Assembly: GCA_963827275.1 (NCBI GenBank) | Contig: CAWHAA010000004.1 | Span: forward strand, 480,001 to 544,000 | Length of the DNA stretch: 64,000 nucleotides | Source: an uncultured Spirochaetota bacterium | GTDB lineage: Bacteria > Spirochaetota > UBA4802 > UBA5550 | Reading direction: 5' to 3' | Shown: positions 10,121-20,413 of the stretch, piece by piece | Layout of the letters: each line of letters opens with the position of its first letter | How positions within the stretch are numbered: the first letter of the stretch is position 1 | The notes under the pieces: generated by a model | Seen by the model: only the letters and a program-made list of their open reading frames with translations | Databases searched by the model: none | Told to the model about the DNA's origin: nothing | Position numbers and translations under genes: made by a program

Positions 10121-10573
10121 TTATACGATACGGGATTCGGGTAGAATGCGTGCTATATTGGGTGGATAGCCCCAGATGAATTTCCAGTATGTGATATTAT
10201 CTATCATATCTTTTATTATAACATAATTTTTATAACGATAGTTATCGGTATTAGCCTCTTTTAGAATGCTATTTAAGTATTTCGATACAGCATATGAAAG
10301 AATCAATGAAACCGACATTTTAAGCAGTTTCCTCAAATCCAGCATGTACTCATAATCATCAACCCGCAGCTGGATATGAAAAATGCGCCAGTCCTCCGGG
10401 TTGCTTCGTTCCTGGTATCTAACCATAGAGCCGAATCGTCCCGGATCGGGAATATCATCCATAACCAGTTTTATGAGCGTAACAATTACATCCGACCGTG
10501 AAACACCCTTTAATTGTGCCGCCAGAGTGATCCTTTGTAAAGTCTCAGCATGAATATTAAGGGTTGTTTCCAT
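10121..10573 (-). CDS. AT-rich hypothetical protein, DUF1564-like / possible ribbon-helix-helix DNA-binding protein
   Basis: Two RHH-like segments (TTLNIH..LQRITLAAQLKGVSRSDVI and HIQLRVDDYEYMLDLRKLLKMSVSLIL). Family assignment from pattern recall only. Contains motif B. Confidence 0.6.
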   Translation of the reverse strand: METTLNIHAETLQRITLAAQLKGVSRSDVIVTLIKLVMDDIPDPGRFGSMVRYQERSNPEDWRIFHIQLRVDDYEYMLDLRKLLKMSVSLILSYAVSKYLNSILKEANTDNYRYKNYVIIKDMIDNITYWKFIWGYPPNIARILPESRIV

Positions 10574-10658
10574 GTCGTTTACATCCTCGATAATGGTTTT
10601 ATGAGGATTAACGAATTATGCAGCAAGGCTGATAAAATTTTTTATCCGGTCTGTGATA

Positions 10659-10702
10659 AAAAACAAGAAAGCGGGATGTTGCCATCCCGCCTTCTTGTTT
10701 TT
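10659..10702 (-). terminator. intrinsic (bidirectional-type) terminator after murA
   Basis: AAAAACAAGAAAGCGGGATG-TTGC-CATCCCGCCTTCTTGTTTTT inverted repeat. Confidence 0.85.
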
Positions 10703-10728
10703 ACTGGGATAAAATAGGTAAGGATGAA

Positions 10729-11997
10729 TTACAGTCCGCCGCCTTTCACGCGCGATATGGAAGCGCCAAGGGACGTAAGCTTTTCGTCGAGCCGCTCGTA
10801 GCCGCGGTCGCAGTGATAGATGCGCCGGATCTCGGTCTCGCCCTGCGCGGCAAGGGCGGCCACCACCAGTGCCGCGCCGGCCCTGAGGTCGGACATCATA
10901 ACAGGGGCCGACATGAGTTTTTTTACGCCTTTTACTATGACGACGCTCCCTTCGATTGTTATATCGGCTCCCATGCGGCGAAGTTCCGCCACGTGGGTGA
11001 AGCGCCGCTCAAATATGGTCTCTACAATAACATTGATGCCGGGCAGTATCGTCGCGAGCGCCATGATGGGCGCCTGGAGGTCGGTAGGGAATCCAGGGTA
11101 TGGCATGGTGCGCACCATCGCGCCTTTGAGCGCTTTTGATGGTTTTACAGAGACCCAGTCCCTGCCAGACTCGATGATGAACCCCATCTCGGAGAGGGTG
11201 GTCATGCACGCACCCACGTGTTCGGGCACGGCGCCGGTTATGGTGACCGCCCCCCCGGTGGCGGCACCGGCGATGAGATACGTGCCGGCCTCGATCCGGT
11301 CGGGGATGATCGAATAGGCGACGGGCTGGAGCTTCTTCACGCCGTCTATTTCGATGCGCTCGGTGCCGAGTCCCGAGATTTTCGCGCCCATCTTCATCAG
11401 GAAGTTCCCGAGATCGACCACGTCCGGTTCCATGGCGCAGTTGTCAAGAACGGTCTTTCCCTTCGTGAGGACTGCCGCCATCATGAGGTTCGCAGTGGCC
11501 CCGACGGATACCGCCCTCATTTTGAATTCGTTTCCCTTCAGCGAGGATGCCCTGGCCTTGATATACCCATGGTCAAGGGTGATTTCCGTGCCCAGCGCCT
11601 CGAAGCCGGAGAGGTGTATGTCCATCGGCCGTTCGCCGATCGCACATCCGCCGGGGAGAGAGACGTCGGCCTCGCCGATGCGGGCAAGGAGCGGACCCAT
11701 GACGTAGTATGACGCCCGCATGGTCTTGACCAGTTCATAGGGGACTTCCGCGTTTTTGATGGAATTGACCCTGATGCGGAGGGTGTTCTTGTCGGTATTG
11801 AATTCGTATTCCGCGCCGAGGCACTGAATGACCTCGAGCATCGTGCGTATATCCTTCAGATCGGGGACGTTCTTCAGGGTGGTCTCGCCGTCGGCCAGCA
11901 GGCTGGCGACGATAATGGGGAGGGCGGCATTTTTTGCCCCGGATATTCTAACTTCTCCCGACAGCGCCCTGCCGCCTTTTATCCTGTACATGTCCAT
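10729..11997 (-). CDS. murA: UDP-N-acetylglucosamine 1-carboxyvinyltransferase
   Basis: SGAKNAALP, MRAS, LPGGCAIG, SVGAT, PGFPTDLQ, DLRAGAAL, DRGYE. Confidence 0.98.
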   Translation of the reverse strand: MDMYRIKGGRALSGEVRISGAKNAALPIIVASLLADGETTLKNVPDLKDIRTMLEVIQCLGAEYEFNTDKNTLRIRVNSIKNAEVPYELVKTMRASYYVMGPLLARIGEADVSLPGGCAIGERPMDIHLSGFEALGTEITLDHGYIKARASSLKGNEFKMRAVSVGATANLMMAAVLTKGKTVLDNCAMEPDVVDLGNFLMKMGAKISGLGTERIEIDGVKKLQPVAYSIIPDRIEAGTYLIAGAATGGAVTITGAVPEHVGACMTTLSEMGFIIESGRDWVSVKPSKALKGAMVRTMPYPGFPTDLQAPIMALATILPGINVIVETIFERRFTHVAELRRMGADITIEGSVVIVKGVKKLMSAPVMMSDLRAGAALVVAALAAQGETEIRRIYHCDRGYERLDEKLTSLGASISRVKGGGL

Positions 11998-12101
11998 GGA
12001 CGTTCAGTCTCCCGCATTTGTTGTCACAGGTGTAACAGCGATGGCTTTGTTGACAAGATATTTTTTATATTTTTTGAATGCTTCCCCGGGGAGGAAGGCT
12101 T

Positions 12102-13274
12102 TCAATTCGGGATATAGAGTATCCGACCGGTTTTGAGGGTTCGAGCGTTTTTGATCCCGTTCAGCCGCAGTATCGGGCCTGTTTTTTTATTGTAGCGACG
12201 TGCGATTTTTGAAATTGTATCGCCTTTTTTAACCCGGTGCTCGATGACGCCGCCGAGCCCGTTTTTGTACAGGTCCTCCGCGTTTTCATCGATCTTGTCC
12301 CTGGCATCGGCGGGCACCCTGAGCCTGTATGGCTTCATGAATGGCGGGGTCTTCGCGGTGGCAAGTTCGGGATTCAGCTCCCGCAGTTTCTGTACCGGTA
12401 TGCCTGAAAACCGCGCAACATCGTGGAGGTCCGCCGGGCGCCGGAGCTCAACGGTCGTTGTCGCACAGGTGTCCGGCCGAATGATATCATCCTGTATGCC
12501 GAAGAGGCGCTGGTTTTTGTAGATCAGCATGAGGGCGATGAATTTCGGGACATAGTCACCCGTCTCTTCCCTTATGAGCTTCTGCTCCGCCAGTTTCCAG
12601 TAATCAGAGACGCCGGTGCGGTTCATGGTGCGCTGCATGTATCCGGCACCGCCGTTGTAGGCGGCCAGCGCCAGGTCCCACCGGGGGAAGATTGTGCGCA
12701 TCGTTCGCAGGTGCCGGAGCGCCGCCTCGGTCGATTTCTCCACGCTGCGCCGCTCGTCGATCCACCGGTCACACTTCAGCCCCAGGGGCCGGGAGGTGTT
12801 TTCCAAAAACTGCCACAGGCCGACGGCTCTGCTTACCGATACCGCATGGGGGTTGAAGCAGCTTTCCAGGAGCGGGAGGAGCCACAGCTCCTCCGGCAGG
12901 TCGCTATTATTTTTTATGATTTCGGCGATTGCGGCCTCATAGCGGTATGATCGGTTGATGGCGCGCAGCAGGTATTCACGCTTGGTTGTCAGGTAGAGGT
13001 AGAGATGTTTCCTGACCGCGCTGTTTCTGCAGATCGACAGGTCGCGTGAGGCCTCAAAAATGTCTCTGCCTGAAATTTCGGGAAGATAAAGGATATCGCG
13101 TCCGGGATCAAACGTGCCGGCCGTGTCCGGTCCCCCGGCGGGATGAGCCGCATCGGTGAATATATCGACGAGGCCCCAGGAGAGGAGCCTCGTGGCGGCG
13201 CCTGTTACCATCGACATTGACAGCAGGGCGATGATTATACAGCGTGATAGGGCGGTGGTATGTTTCATCTGCAT
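12102..13274 (-). CDS. MltD-like lytic transglycosylase (SLT + LysM)
   Basis: LES catalytic Glu, AVGLWQF, LAAYNGG, ETGDYVPK, C-terminal LysM (HRVKKGDTISKIA). Start uncertain. Confidence 0.88.
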   Translation of the reverse strand: MQMKHTTALSRCIIIALLSMSMVTGAATRLLSWGLVDIFTDAAHPAGGPDTAGTFDPGRDILYLPEISGRDIFEASRDLSICRNSAVRKHLYLYLTTKREYLLRAINRSYRYEAAIAEIIKNNSDLPEELWLLPLLESCFNPHAVSVSRAVGLWQFLENTSRPLGLKCDRWIDERRSVEKSTEAALRHLRTMRTIFPRWDLALAAYNGGAGYMQRTMNRTGVSDYWKLAEQKLIREETGDYVPKFIALMLIYKNQRLFGIQDDIIRPDTCATTTVELRRPADLHDVARFSGIPVQKLRELNPELATAKTPPFMKPYRLRVPADARDKIDENAEDLYKNGLGGVIEHRVKKGDTISKIARRYNKKTGPILRLNGIKNARTLKTGRILYIPN

Positions 13275-13441
13275 AATGGAATTTTGGATAGCTGAACGCA
13301 CGGAATACGTAAAAGCAAGTAAATTTTAATTTTCACCGGATCATGCCCGCTTCCGCGGTGAAGCGGGTTGAAATTTAATTATTGAAAAAAATCAATTTGA
13401 TTTCTATCGTTGTCATTATTATGGAATGAAAGGGACGTGGC

Positions 13442-13708
13442 ATGAATATCGCGGTCAAACTCCATATCAAGAATCACTGTATTGAGGCGGAGGCCCGGAA
13501 GGAGTATTCACGCCTGATGGATACCTATTTCAGCACTGACGATGTTGAGGGAGAACTTGATGAGAGGATCGTGCTGCTGAGGGATTTCCTTGAAAAAAGC
13601 GATTTCCGAAAACTGAGGTCATCGGACCAACGGCTTTCAGGGGAACGGGAATCCGAAGTCGTGATAACAAGGAACGCCGGGGGTTCAATCAATCTCGAGG
13701 TCTATTGA
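13442..13708 (+). CDS. hypothetical protein (88 aa)
   Basis: RBS AAGGGA; compact ORF with protein-like composition. Confidence 0.7.
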   Translation: MNIAVKLHIKNHCIEAEARKEYSRLMDTYFSTDDVEGELDERIVLLRDFLEKSDFRKLRSSDQRLSGERESEVVITRNAGGSINLEVY

Positions 13709-13857
13709 TCGGCTGTGACGATCAACGGAGCAGCGTCTATTGCAGGCAAGGGCGGCAGTGCAGGCAAATATCGGCAGTCAATCCAATTATTCCAAAAAAG
13801 TAGTTGTAATTTTAATTGCCGTGAATGTATATTTCATATAAGTCAAGCGGTGGGGAT

Positions 13858-14739
13858 ATGGAAATGGAAAAAGTTACCATATGGTACCTTAAGGACAATG
13901 ATACCGGTGCGAAGCTCTTAACTGCCATTACGGGACTCGGCCTGACGGTCAATGTCGTCGCCGGCCACAAACTGACCCACGCCAATATCATAGAAGAAGA
14001 GATTAATATCTTCATCTATGATATCGCCTCCACTGACCCGGAACTGCTGGTGGACGAAATTACGAAAGACGAGCGCCTCCGCAGCTGCCTGAAGTTCCTG
14101 ATGGTGAAGAAAAGCCAGGTCAAGGGAATTACGCGTCTGAATTACAACCTGATGCACCTCGAGTTCCTTAACAGGCCCGTTGACAAGAGGGAATTCATGC
14201 TGCTTCTTGAAAAATCTATAATCGTCGAGCGGTATCGCGAAATAATGAAGTTCATATCACGAGAGGCTGAGTCGAGGATCGAGGCGTATGAAGGCCTGAT
14301 GGATATTAACCGCAAAAATGTGTTTGAATCTGAAAAAGAGAAAGAAGCATTTGAAAAGATACTCGACTTTGAAAAAAACCTGATACGGCAGCAGTCCAAC
14401 CTGAGTACGGCCATCCGGGACTTCACGCTCCTGAGGCAGATGAACCTTTTCGATATGCGCGATCGCATCAAGGCAGAGGAGATGCTCGCCGATCTGAGGC
14501 GCAAGGAGCTGATGGACGCCCGTGATGTCATTAAGGCCCAGGAATCGGTCATAGATTATTCCGCGCGCGAGCTCGACGATGCGAAGAAAATCATCGACGC
14601 GCGCGAGAAGGTGGAAGAATTATCGCGCAGCGAGCTTATTGAGCTGCATAAGGAGATTGATCGCCAGAAGGATCTCAACAAGCAACTGGCTGAACAGGTC
14701 AACCGCCTTCTTGCAGATGTCCGGAAGGACAAGGAGTAA
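13858..14739 (+). CDS. atypical receiver-like domain fused to a long coiled coil
   Basis: N-terminal alternating beta/alpha pattern (IFIYD; EFLNRPVDKREF), then a charged heptad coiled coil. Confidence 0.6.
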   Translation: MEMEKVTIWYLKDNDTGAKLLTAITGLGLTVNVVAGHKLTHANIIEEEINIFIYDIASTDPELLVDEITKDERLRSCLKFLMVKKSQVKGITRLNYNLMHLEFLNRPVDKREFMLLLEKSIIVERYREIMKFISREAESRIEAYEGLMDINRKNVFESEKEKEAFEKILDFEKNLIRQQSNLSTAIRDFTLLRQMNLFDMRDRIKAEEMLADLRRKELMDARDVIKAQESVIDYSARELDDAKKIIDAREKVEELSRSELIELHKEIDRQKDLNKQLAEQVNRLLADVRKDKE

Positions 14740-14825
14740 TACGGCGTCATCGGGTGAAATACCGGCATTGCGTTGACATACGCGGCGCCGTCCACGATCA
14801 AAATTTTTTCCGGAGTCTTCTCGCT

Positions 14826-15104
14826 ATGCCGATGGAATGGGAAACGATATTAGCTGATTCCGTGCAGAACGGCAAGATCCGGGAATTGCATCTGAGCAAG
14901 ATCCCGCTGCTCAAAACCACGACCAACTGGAAGAAAGTGGAGCTCCTCGGCTGGATCGACCACCAGTTGAAATATACACACTACCGGGGCGCGCTGGTAA
15001 AACTGAACGGCAAGCTGTTTTTCGTTAGGGAGAACACCATTAAGGCGCTTCAGGAGTTCATCAACTGGAAGGCCAAGAATGTCATACAGGTGATTAAGGA
15101 TTAA
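14826..15104 (+). CDS. conserved hypothetical protein (~91 aa)
   Basis: Compact ORF starting MPMEWETIL; same-strand context. Confidence 0.65.
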   Translation: MPMEWETILADSVQNGKIRELHLSKIPLLKTTTNWKKVELLGWIDHQLKYTHYRGALVKLNGKLFFVRENTIKALQEFINWKAKNVIQVIKD

Positions 15105-15141
15105 AAACGAAACATGGCCGGCTTGACCGTTCGGACCGGCG

Positions 15142-17004
15142 TCAATCTTCTTCTTCAAGCTCGTTAAACAACGAAATGACCGCGTCTTTTTTCCTGCCGA
15201 TTTTTATAATTTCATCAATATAGTCTTTGCGTACCAGGGCGTGCGTCTCGCCAATGCGCTCCACGATCCCTTCTTTTGCGATGCCCAGCAGCAATTCGTC
15301 GATGAATTCCGGGTGGCTCGTCGTAAGGAGAATTCGCTGAGAAATGTTTATGTTGATGGTCTGGCTCGACCATTCGCGGAGCAGAAAGTCGAGGTTCTGC
15401 GGCAGGTCGTTTTTCGAAAATAATTCCAGGGCGTTAAGGAACTTGGTGAGCGACATGCCGCGTTTTTGCGCCCTCACGATTGCGGATTTGCTTATGACCG
15501 CGTTGATAATGACGTCGTGCTTCGTGATATCCGTATGGGTGAGCAGGTGATAGAGCGTCTCCGATGCCAGCTCGTGCGCCGGAATGATCAGGCTGAAGTC
15601 CGGATTGATGTATATGTTTTTTTTCGGGGTGACCGACTCTTCTGCCGGGTATGTCTTCAGCATGTGGTTCGCGAGGTCCCTGCCGATGTCTGATAGCGAG
15701 ATCCTGTCTCCGTCGATGTCGACAATGCCCATGATGCAGAGTAAATTCATAACGGTGCCGAAGCGCTCCATCTCCTCTTCCATGTCGATAAGGCTGTCGG
15801 CGAAGGACCGCTCGTCCGATTCGGAGAGAGTCCTGGTCAGTATGGTTATCTTCAGGTATGCGTGCGTGACCGACTTGAGCTTGTGCAGGAGCTTGATGAT
15901 CGATTTGCTGAACTCGTAGGATGGTATTTCGAAGGGCGGTTTGAAATATGTTTCGTACGCGCCTGACCCGCCCACGCTTTTCAATACCCGTTTCAGCAGC
16001 ATGAGCGGCTGTTCGATTTCATTCCTTATTTCAAAAAGAGATATGCCGGCGATGTCCTTGTTCAGTTTGAGGCACCCCAGCCGGTTTAAAATGAACATTG
16101 ACAGCTGGGCCGATTCCTCGGGCGGCAGGTCGGCCCCGTTGATGTCCTTCAGGGGGAGCATTGCCTCGGAGATCCGCCTGATGTCGATTTTCCTGAATTC
16201 CTGCTGCTTGGTCAGGAAAAGCCCGAATGTTGAAATGATGTCAAAGGTGTTCAGGAGGTTCAAAACCTGGAAAAACCGGTTGCGGACCCGTGATTTTTTA
16301 TGCGTGTCATCCTGCCCGGCCATCATTGCCACGGACGGGCTGATTTTTTCCTGTAAAACGAGGTATGAATTGAACTCCGGCCGGTAGCAGTGATACAACT
16401 GCACCAGGTTCTGCGCTATGATGCCATGCACTGTTTTTTCAGCGGATTTCTGCGGCAGCCGGTCACGCGCCGCGTCCAGGGTCACAATGCAGCCGGACGC
16501 TGCCATGAATTTCAGCAGGGTCTGCACGTCACGGTCGCGTACCGTTTTTTCCACCTCCTGGTTCTGCTTTTGCATCTCGAGGTGGATAAAATTTTTATGG
16601 AGCCGGTCTGTCAGGGTTTTCGGCTCGACGATGCGGAGAAGGTGGGCGATCTCCGATATCCCATGGGCCTTGTCCATCTTGGTGTTCAGCATCTGCCGGT
16701 TTTTTATCGTGTAGATGAGCAGGTTGCGGGTAAGGGTATCCGCCGTTTTTTCAATGACGGGAATATCAAGTTTCAGCTCCTTCTGTATTTCGACGAAGGT
16801 CGCCCCGTCCGGCGCGGCGTAGACCGCCATAAGGACCCGGTGACAGTTGGCATCCAGGCTCTTGAGAAGCACATGCAGGCCCGTCACCGTCGTGAGGGCG
16901 GCCAGCAGGTCCCTTTTTGATTTGTTCTTAAGATTGAGCCTTGCTGTCAGCTCACGGATGTCATCCGGAGTAAGTTTTTTAAACGCTTCGGTTATTTCTT
17001 TCAT
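15142..17004 (-). CDS. helicase-associated (XPB/Ssl2-like Helicase_C_3) domain protein
   Basis: C-terminal IYINPDFSLII...LPQNLDFLLREW pattern; no Walker motifs. Confidence 0.7.
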   Translation of the reverse strand: MKEITEAFKKLTPDDIRELTARLNLKNKSKRDLLAALTTVTGLHVLLKSLDANCHRVLMAVYAAPDGATFVEIQKELKLDIPVIEKTADTLTRNLLIYTIKNRQMLNTKMDKAHGISEIAHLLRIVEPKTLTDRLHKNFIHLEMQKQNQEVEKTVRDRDVQTLLKFMAASGCIVTLDAARDRLPQKSAEKTVHGIIAQNLVQLYHCYRPEFNSYLVLQEKISPSVAMMAGQDDTHKKSRVRNRFFQVLNLLNTFDIISTFGLFLTKQQEFRKIDIRRISEAMLPLKDINGADLPPEESAQLSMFILNRLGCLKLNKDIAGISLFEIRNEIEQPLMLLKRVLKSVGGSGAYETYFKPPFEIPSYEFSKSIIKLLHKLKSVTHAYLKITILTRTLSESDERSFADSLIDMEEEMERFGTVMNLLCIMGIVDIDGDRISLSDIGRDLANHMLKTYPAEESVTPKKNIYINPDFSLIIPAHELASETLYHLLTHTDITKHDVIINAVISKSAIVRAQKRGMSLTKFLNALELFSKNDLPQNLDFLLREWSSQTININISQRILLTTSHPEFIDELLLGIAKEGIVERIGETHALVRKDYIDEIIKIGRKKDAVISLFNELEEED

Positions 17005-17298
17005 TGGTATAAAAAAATTGTAGACACTAAAATTAATCTATTTTATATAGACGCAGTAATTTTAGCAATACATTTTATTGTAAAATAGGGCCCGGGGCGA
17101 AATATCGTAAAAAAATCGTCTTTACCGCCCTGCCGGCTCATACTGACAGTGCAGAACGGGCTTTTGCACAGACCTGAAATCGGTTGAGACGTATCAGGCC
17201 ATCTGACGTCCTTTTTTTTATATGCCGGTTAAAATTGAGGGCGAATAGCCGGATATCCTTCACCCCTTATCCCGAGATACTTTGCAAGGAGTTTCCCC

Positions 17299-18393
17299 AT
17301 GATACAGTTTTTGCGTTTCGACGGTTCATCTATAGAAGACTCGCGGTTCAATATTATTACCGGCAAAGACGTGGCGCTCTTTTTCCTGAAACAGGCGGTG
17401 TATTTCGTGCTGTTCATCTATTCCACCCTGTTTCTTGCCGCTGCGATCCCCTTCGTCAAGACGCCGTTTGTCCCGATCTACTTCATCGGCGGTTTTGCGA
17501 CGATGGTGCTGGTTATCCGGCTTGCCAATCACGCCATCAAGTACTTCCGTTATCGTAACGGATCGATCGCGGTCAGCCAGGCAGGACTGGAGCTTGCGGA
17601 GAAGGACGTGAGGATAAAGATACCCGGGTCCGAAATTACCTATATGGAGCGGAATTTTCTCGGGAACCTTCTCATCCGCCAGAAGTACGACAAGTTCTCG
17701 TTTCCCCTGATGCTCCTTTCGGGCGATGACCGCGAAAAGCTCGTTTCCCTCTTCCAGGACCTGGCGCCGCGCCGGAGTTACATTTTCGCCAAGACATGGG
17801 ACTTCATCGATGCCATCGTCGTCGCGCTGGTGCTCGCGGTCCATATCATCCAGTTCATTATCCAGGCCTACTATATCCCTACCGGCTCCATGGAGGATAC
17901 GCTGAAGGTGGGCGATCATCTCTTCGTGGAAAAGATCACCTACGGGCCGATGATACCCCGGATGATCTGCATGGATAAGCCGGTCCACCTCTCCTTCCTC
18001 GGCCTGCGGGGCATTGAGAGGGGGGATATCGTGATTTTCAGGCCACCCCATGACGAGGACAAGGACTATATCAAGCGCTGCATCGCGGTGCCGGGCGACC
18101 GGTTCGAGATGAAAAACGGCGCGGTCTATATCAACGACAAACCCGTCGAGGAACCCTATGTCAAGGGCATCACCAGGCCGTTCAATTTCGGCCCCACGCG
18201 GCAGAACGAGATCCAGGGCGTCGTCCCGCCGGGCAAGGTGGTGGTGCTCGGGGACAACCGCGAGAACTCACAGGACAGCCGCTTCTTCGGGTACCTTGAA
18301 ATCGAGCGGATCAAGGGAAAGGCCTTTGTCCTCTACTGGAATACGGCGCAGGTTTTCAAGCTTGACTTTTCGAGGTTCGGCCTGATACGGTAA
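17299..18393 (+). CDS. lepB: signal peptidase I with N-terminal membrane extension
   Basis: YIPTGSMEDTL (Ser), GDHLFVEK, DYIKRCIA (Lys), LGDNRENSQDSRFFG. Confidence 0.93.
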   Translation: MIQFLRFDGSSIEDSRFNIITGKDVALFFLKQAVYFVLFIYSTLFLAAAIPFVKTPFVPIYFIGGFATMVLVIRLANHAIKYFRYRNGSIAVSQAGLELAEKDVRIKIPGSEITYMERNFLGNLLIRQKYDKFSFPLMLLSGDDREKLVSLFQDLAPRRSYIFAKTWDFIDAIVVALVLAVHIIQFIIQAYYIPTGSMEDTLKVGDHLFVEKITYGPMIPRMICMDKPVHLSFLGLRGIERGDIVIFRPPHDEDKDYIKRCIAVPGDRFEMKNGAVYINDKPVEEPYVKGITRPFNFGPTRQNEIQGVVPPGKVVVLGDNRENSQDSRFFGYLEIERIKGKAFVLYWNTAQVFKLDFSRFGLIR

Positions 18394-18495
18394 GGAGGGG
18401 CCCGTATGCCTTGTCGCCGGGACGGAACTGCCCGCCGCCCGCTTTCGCGGCGCCGTCGGCCCGGGTACCCCGCATAAACATACTCCGGGTTGTAT

Positions 18496-20337
18496 ATGAA
18501 CCAGAAGGTATTCAAGCGGCGGGTTATAATCGCCGGTCTGCTTTTTGCCGCGCTCTCCCTCGTTTTCATCGTGAGGCTTTTTAATCTTCATTTTTCAGGC
18601 AGGATCACGGTGTCGGACGGTGACGGCAACCCGGCGCGCCGCGGGATCATCAGGGACCGCGGCGGGTACATCCTGGCCATTTCCCTTGAAAAGAACTCCC
18701 TCTTTGCCAATCCCGAGGAGATCACCAATCCGGAGGGGACCGCGCGCGCGCTGTCCGGGCCGCTGCAGCTTACGCCTGAAGCGATCCTGAAAAAAATTAA
18801 AAAGAAAAAGCGTTTTGTCTGGATCAAGCGGAAGATAGACGATGCTGCCGCGGAGCAGATCGGGAAACTGGACATGCCGGGCATCTATTTTAAAAAAGAG
18901 TACCGGCGCATGTATCCCCATGAGGAGCTCGCGGCGAACATCATCGGGTTCACGGGTATCGACAACGACGGCCTTGCCGGAATAGAATACGGCTTTGACC
19001 GTATCCTGGCGTCGCGGCCCGAGAGGGAGGCGGCCGGGCCGGGCGCGGGGAACTTCGGCGGGAACATCACCCTCACCATCGACCGGTTCATACAGCACGA
19101 GGCGGAACAGGAGATCGGACGCGCGGTCGCGCTTTACCGCGCCAAGCAGGGCGCCGTGCTGGTCATGGAAGTGAAAACCGGCCGGATACTCGCCCTTGCG
19201 AAGGCGCCGGGATTCAACCCGAACCGGTACTACGAATATTCTTCATTCGATCTCAGAAATTTTTCCTTCATCGATTCGTTCGAGCCGGGCTCGACGCTGA
19301 AGATACTGTCCCTGGCGTCCATGCTCGAGCACAATCCCCCGGTAGCGGACCGCCGCTATGATTGCAAAGGCGCGATCGACATCGCCGACGTGCGGATCAA
19401 CTGCACCGGGGTCCATGGCTCCGTCTCGATGAAGGACATCATCCGTCATTCCTGCAACGTCGGGGTCATCGAGGCGATGCGCGGCGTAAAAAAGAAAAAC
19501 CTCTATGACACGCTCGCACGGTTCAGGTTCGGCCGCAAGACCGGCATCGAGCTGCCGGGCGAATCGGAGGGAATTTTCCGTCACTGGAGCAGGTGGTCCG
19601 GGCTGTCAAAATACTCGATGGCTATAGGGCACGAAATCTCGGTGACGTCGGTACAGCTTGCGGCCGCCTTCTGCGCGGTCGCCAACGGAGGGGTGTACAT
19701 CTCTCCCTCGATCATTGAGTCGATTGAGGACGGCAACGGCACGGTGCTGAAAAAGTTCAGCCCCGCGGTCAGGGGGCGGGTCATCAGCAGGGATATCAGC
19801 AGGAAGCTGATGGCAATGATGCGGGGCGTGGTCGAGGGAGGGACCGGGCAGCGCGCCGGGTCGCTCTACTACTGCGTTGCGGGAAAGACCGGCACATCGC
19901 AGAAGTTCGTGCGGGCGCGTGGATATTCCGACCGCGTGCTCGCTTCATTCGTCGGCATCGCGCCCTGCGAGGACCCCGAGGTGTGCATGCTCGTCATCAT
20001 CGACGACCCGGCCGACAGGCTTTCTGGCGGCCAGATCGCTACCCCGGTCTTTGCAAATTTAATCGACAAGGTCCTGGTACGGCAGGGCGTGGTGAAAAAA
20101 CGCCTCACACCGGCAGACCCGCTCCGCAGAGCCAATCCGAAGGTCGAATTCGACGGCGGCGCCATGCCCGATTTCAGGGGGCGGGGGCTGGCTGAATCGC
20201 TCTCCGCCCTTGTGGAGATGAAGAAACAAAATGATATCGTCTACTCGCTGCAGGGATCCGGCAAGGTGTATGCCCAGCAGCCGGCCCCCGGGGCACGGCT
20301 TGAAAAAGCGGGTGAGATAAAATTATTTCTGAAATAA
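18496..20337 (+). CDS. class B penicillin-binding protein (FtsI/PBP2-like) with C-terminal PASTA-like domain
   Basis: RGIIRDR, GLAGIE, EPGSTLK (SxxK), SCN (SxN), GKTGT, MPDFRG. Confidence 0.92.
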   Translation: MNQKVFKRRVIIAGLLFAALSLVFIVRLFNLHFSGRITVSDGDGNPARRGIIRDRGGYILAISLEKNSLFANPEEITNPEGTARALSGPLQLTPEAILKKIKKKKRFVWIKRKIDDAAAEQIGKLDMPGIYFKKEYRRMYPHEELAANIIGFTGIDNDGLAGIEYGFDRILASRPEREAAGPGAGNFGGNITLTIDRFIQHEAEQEIGRAVALYRAKQGAVLVMEVKTGRILALAKAPGFNPNRYYEYSSFDLRNFSFIDSFEPGSTLKILSLASMLEHNPPVADRRYDCKGAIDIADVRINCTGVHGSVSMKDIIRHSCNVGVIEAMRGVKKKNLYDTLARFRFGRKTGIELPGESEGIFRHWSRWSGLSKYSMAIGHEISVTSVQLAAAFCAVANGGVYISPSIIESIEDGNGTVLKKFSPAVRGRVISRDISRKLMAMMRGVVEGGTGQRAGSLYYCVAGKTGTSQKFVRARGYSDRVLASFVGIAPCEDPEVCMLVIIDDPADRLSGGQIATPVFANLIDKVLVRQGVVKKRLTPADPLRRANPKVEFDGGAMPDFRGRGLAESLSALVEMKKQNDIVYSLQGSGKVYAQQPAPGARLEKAGEIKLFLK

Positions 20338-20413
20338 TTGCCCGGACCCGCTCCCCGGTGTCCTCTGCGGCCCTGGCGCTTTAAAATATTAAAATGTATG
20401 AAAGGAGCAGCCA

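Noticed and set aside
6167..13350. Shared 12-mer GATCATGCCCGC in two intergenic regions (~6167 and ~13339)
   Set aside because: Only two copies with no extended similarity; compatible with chance.
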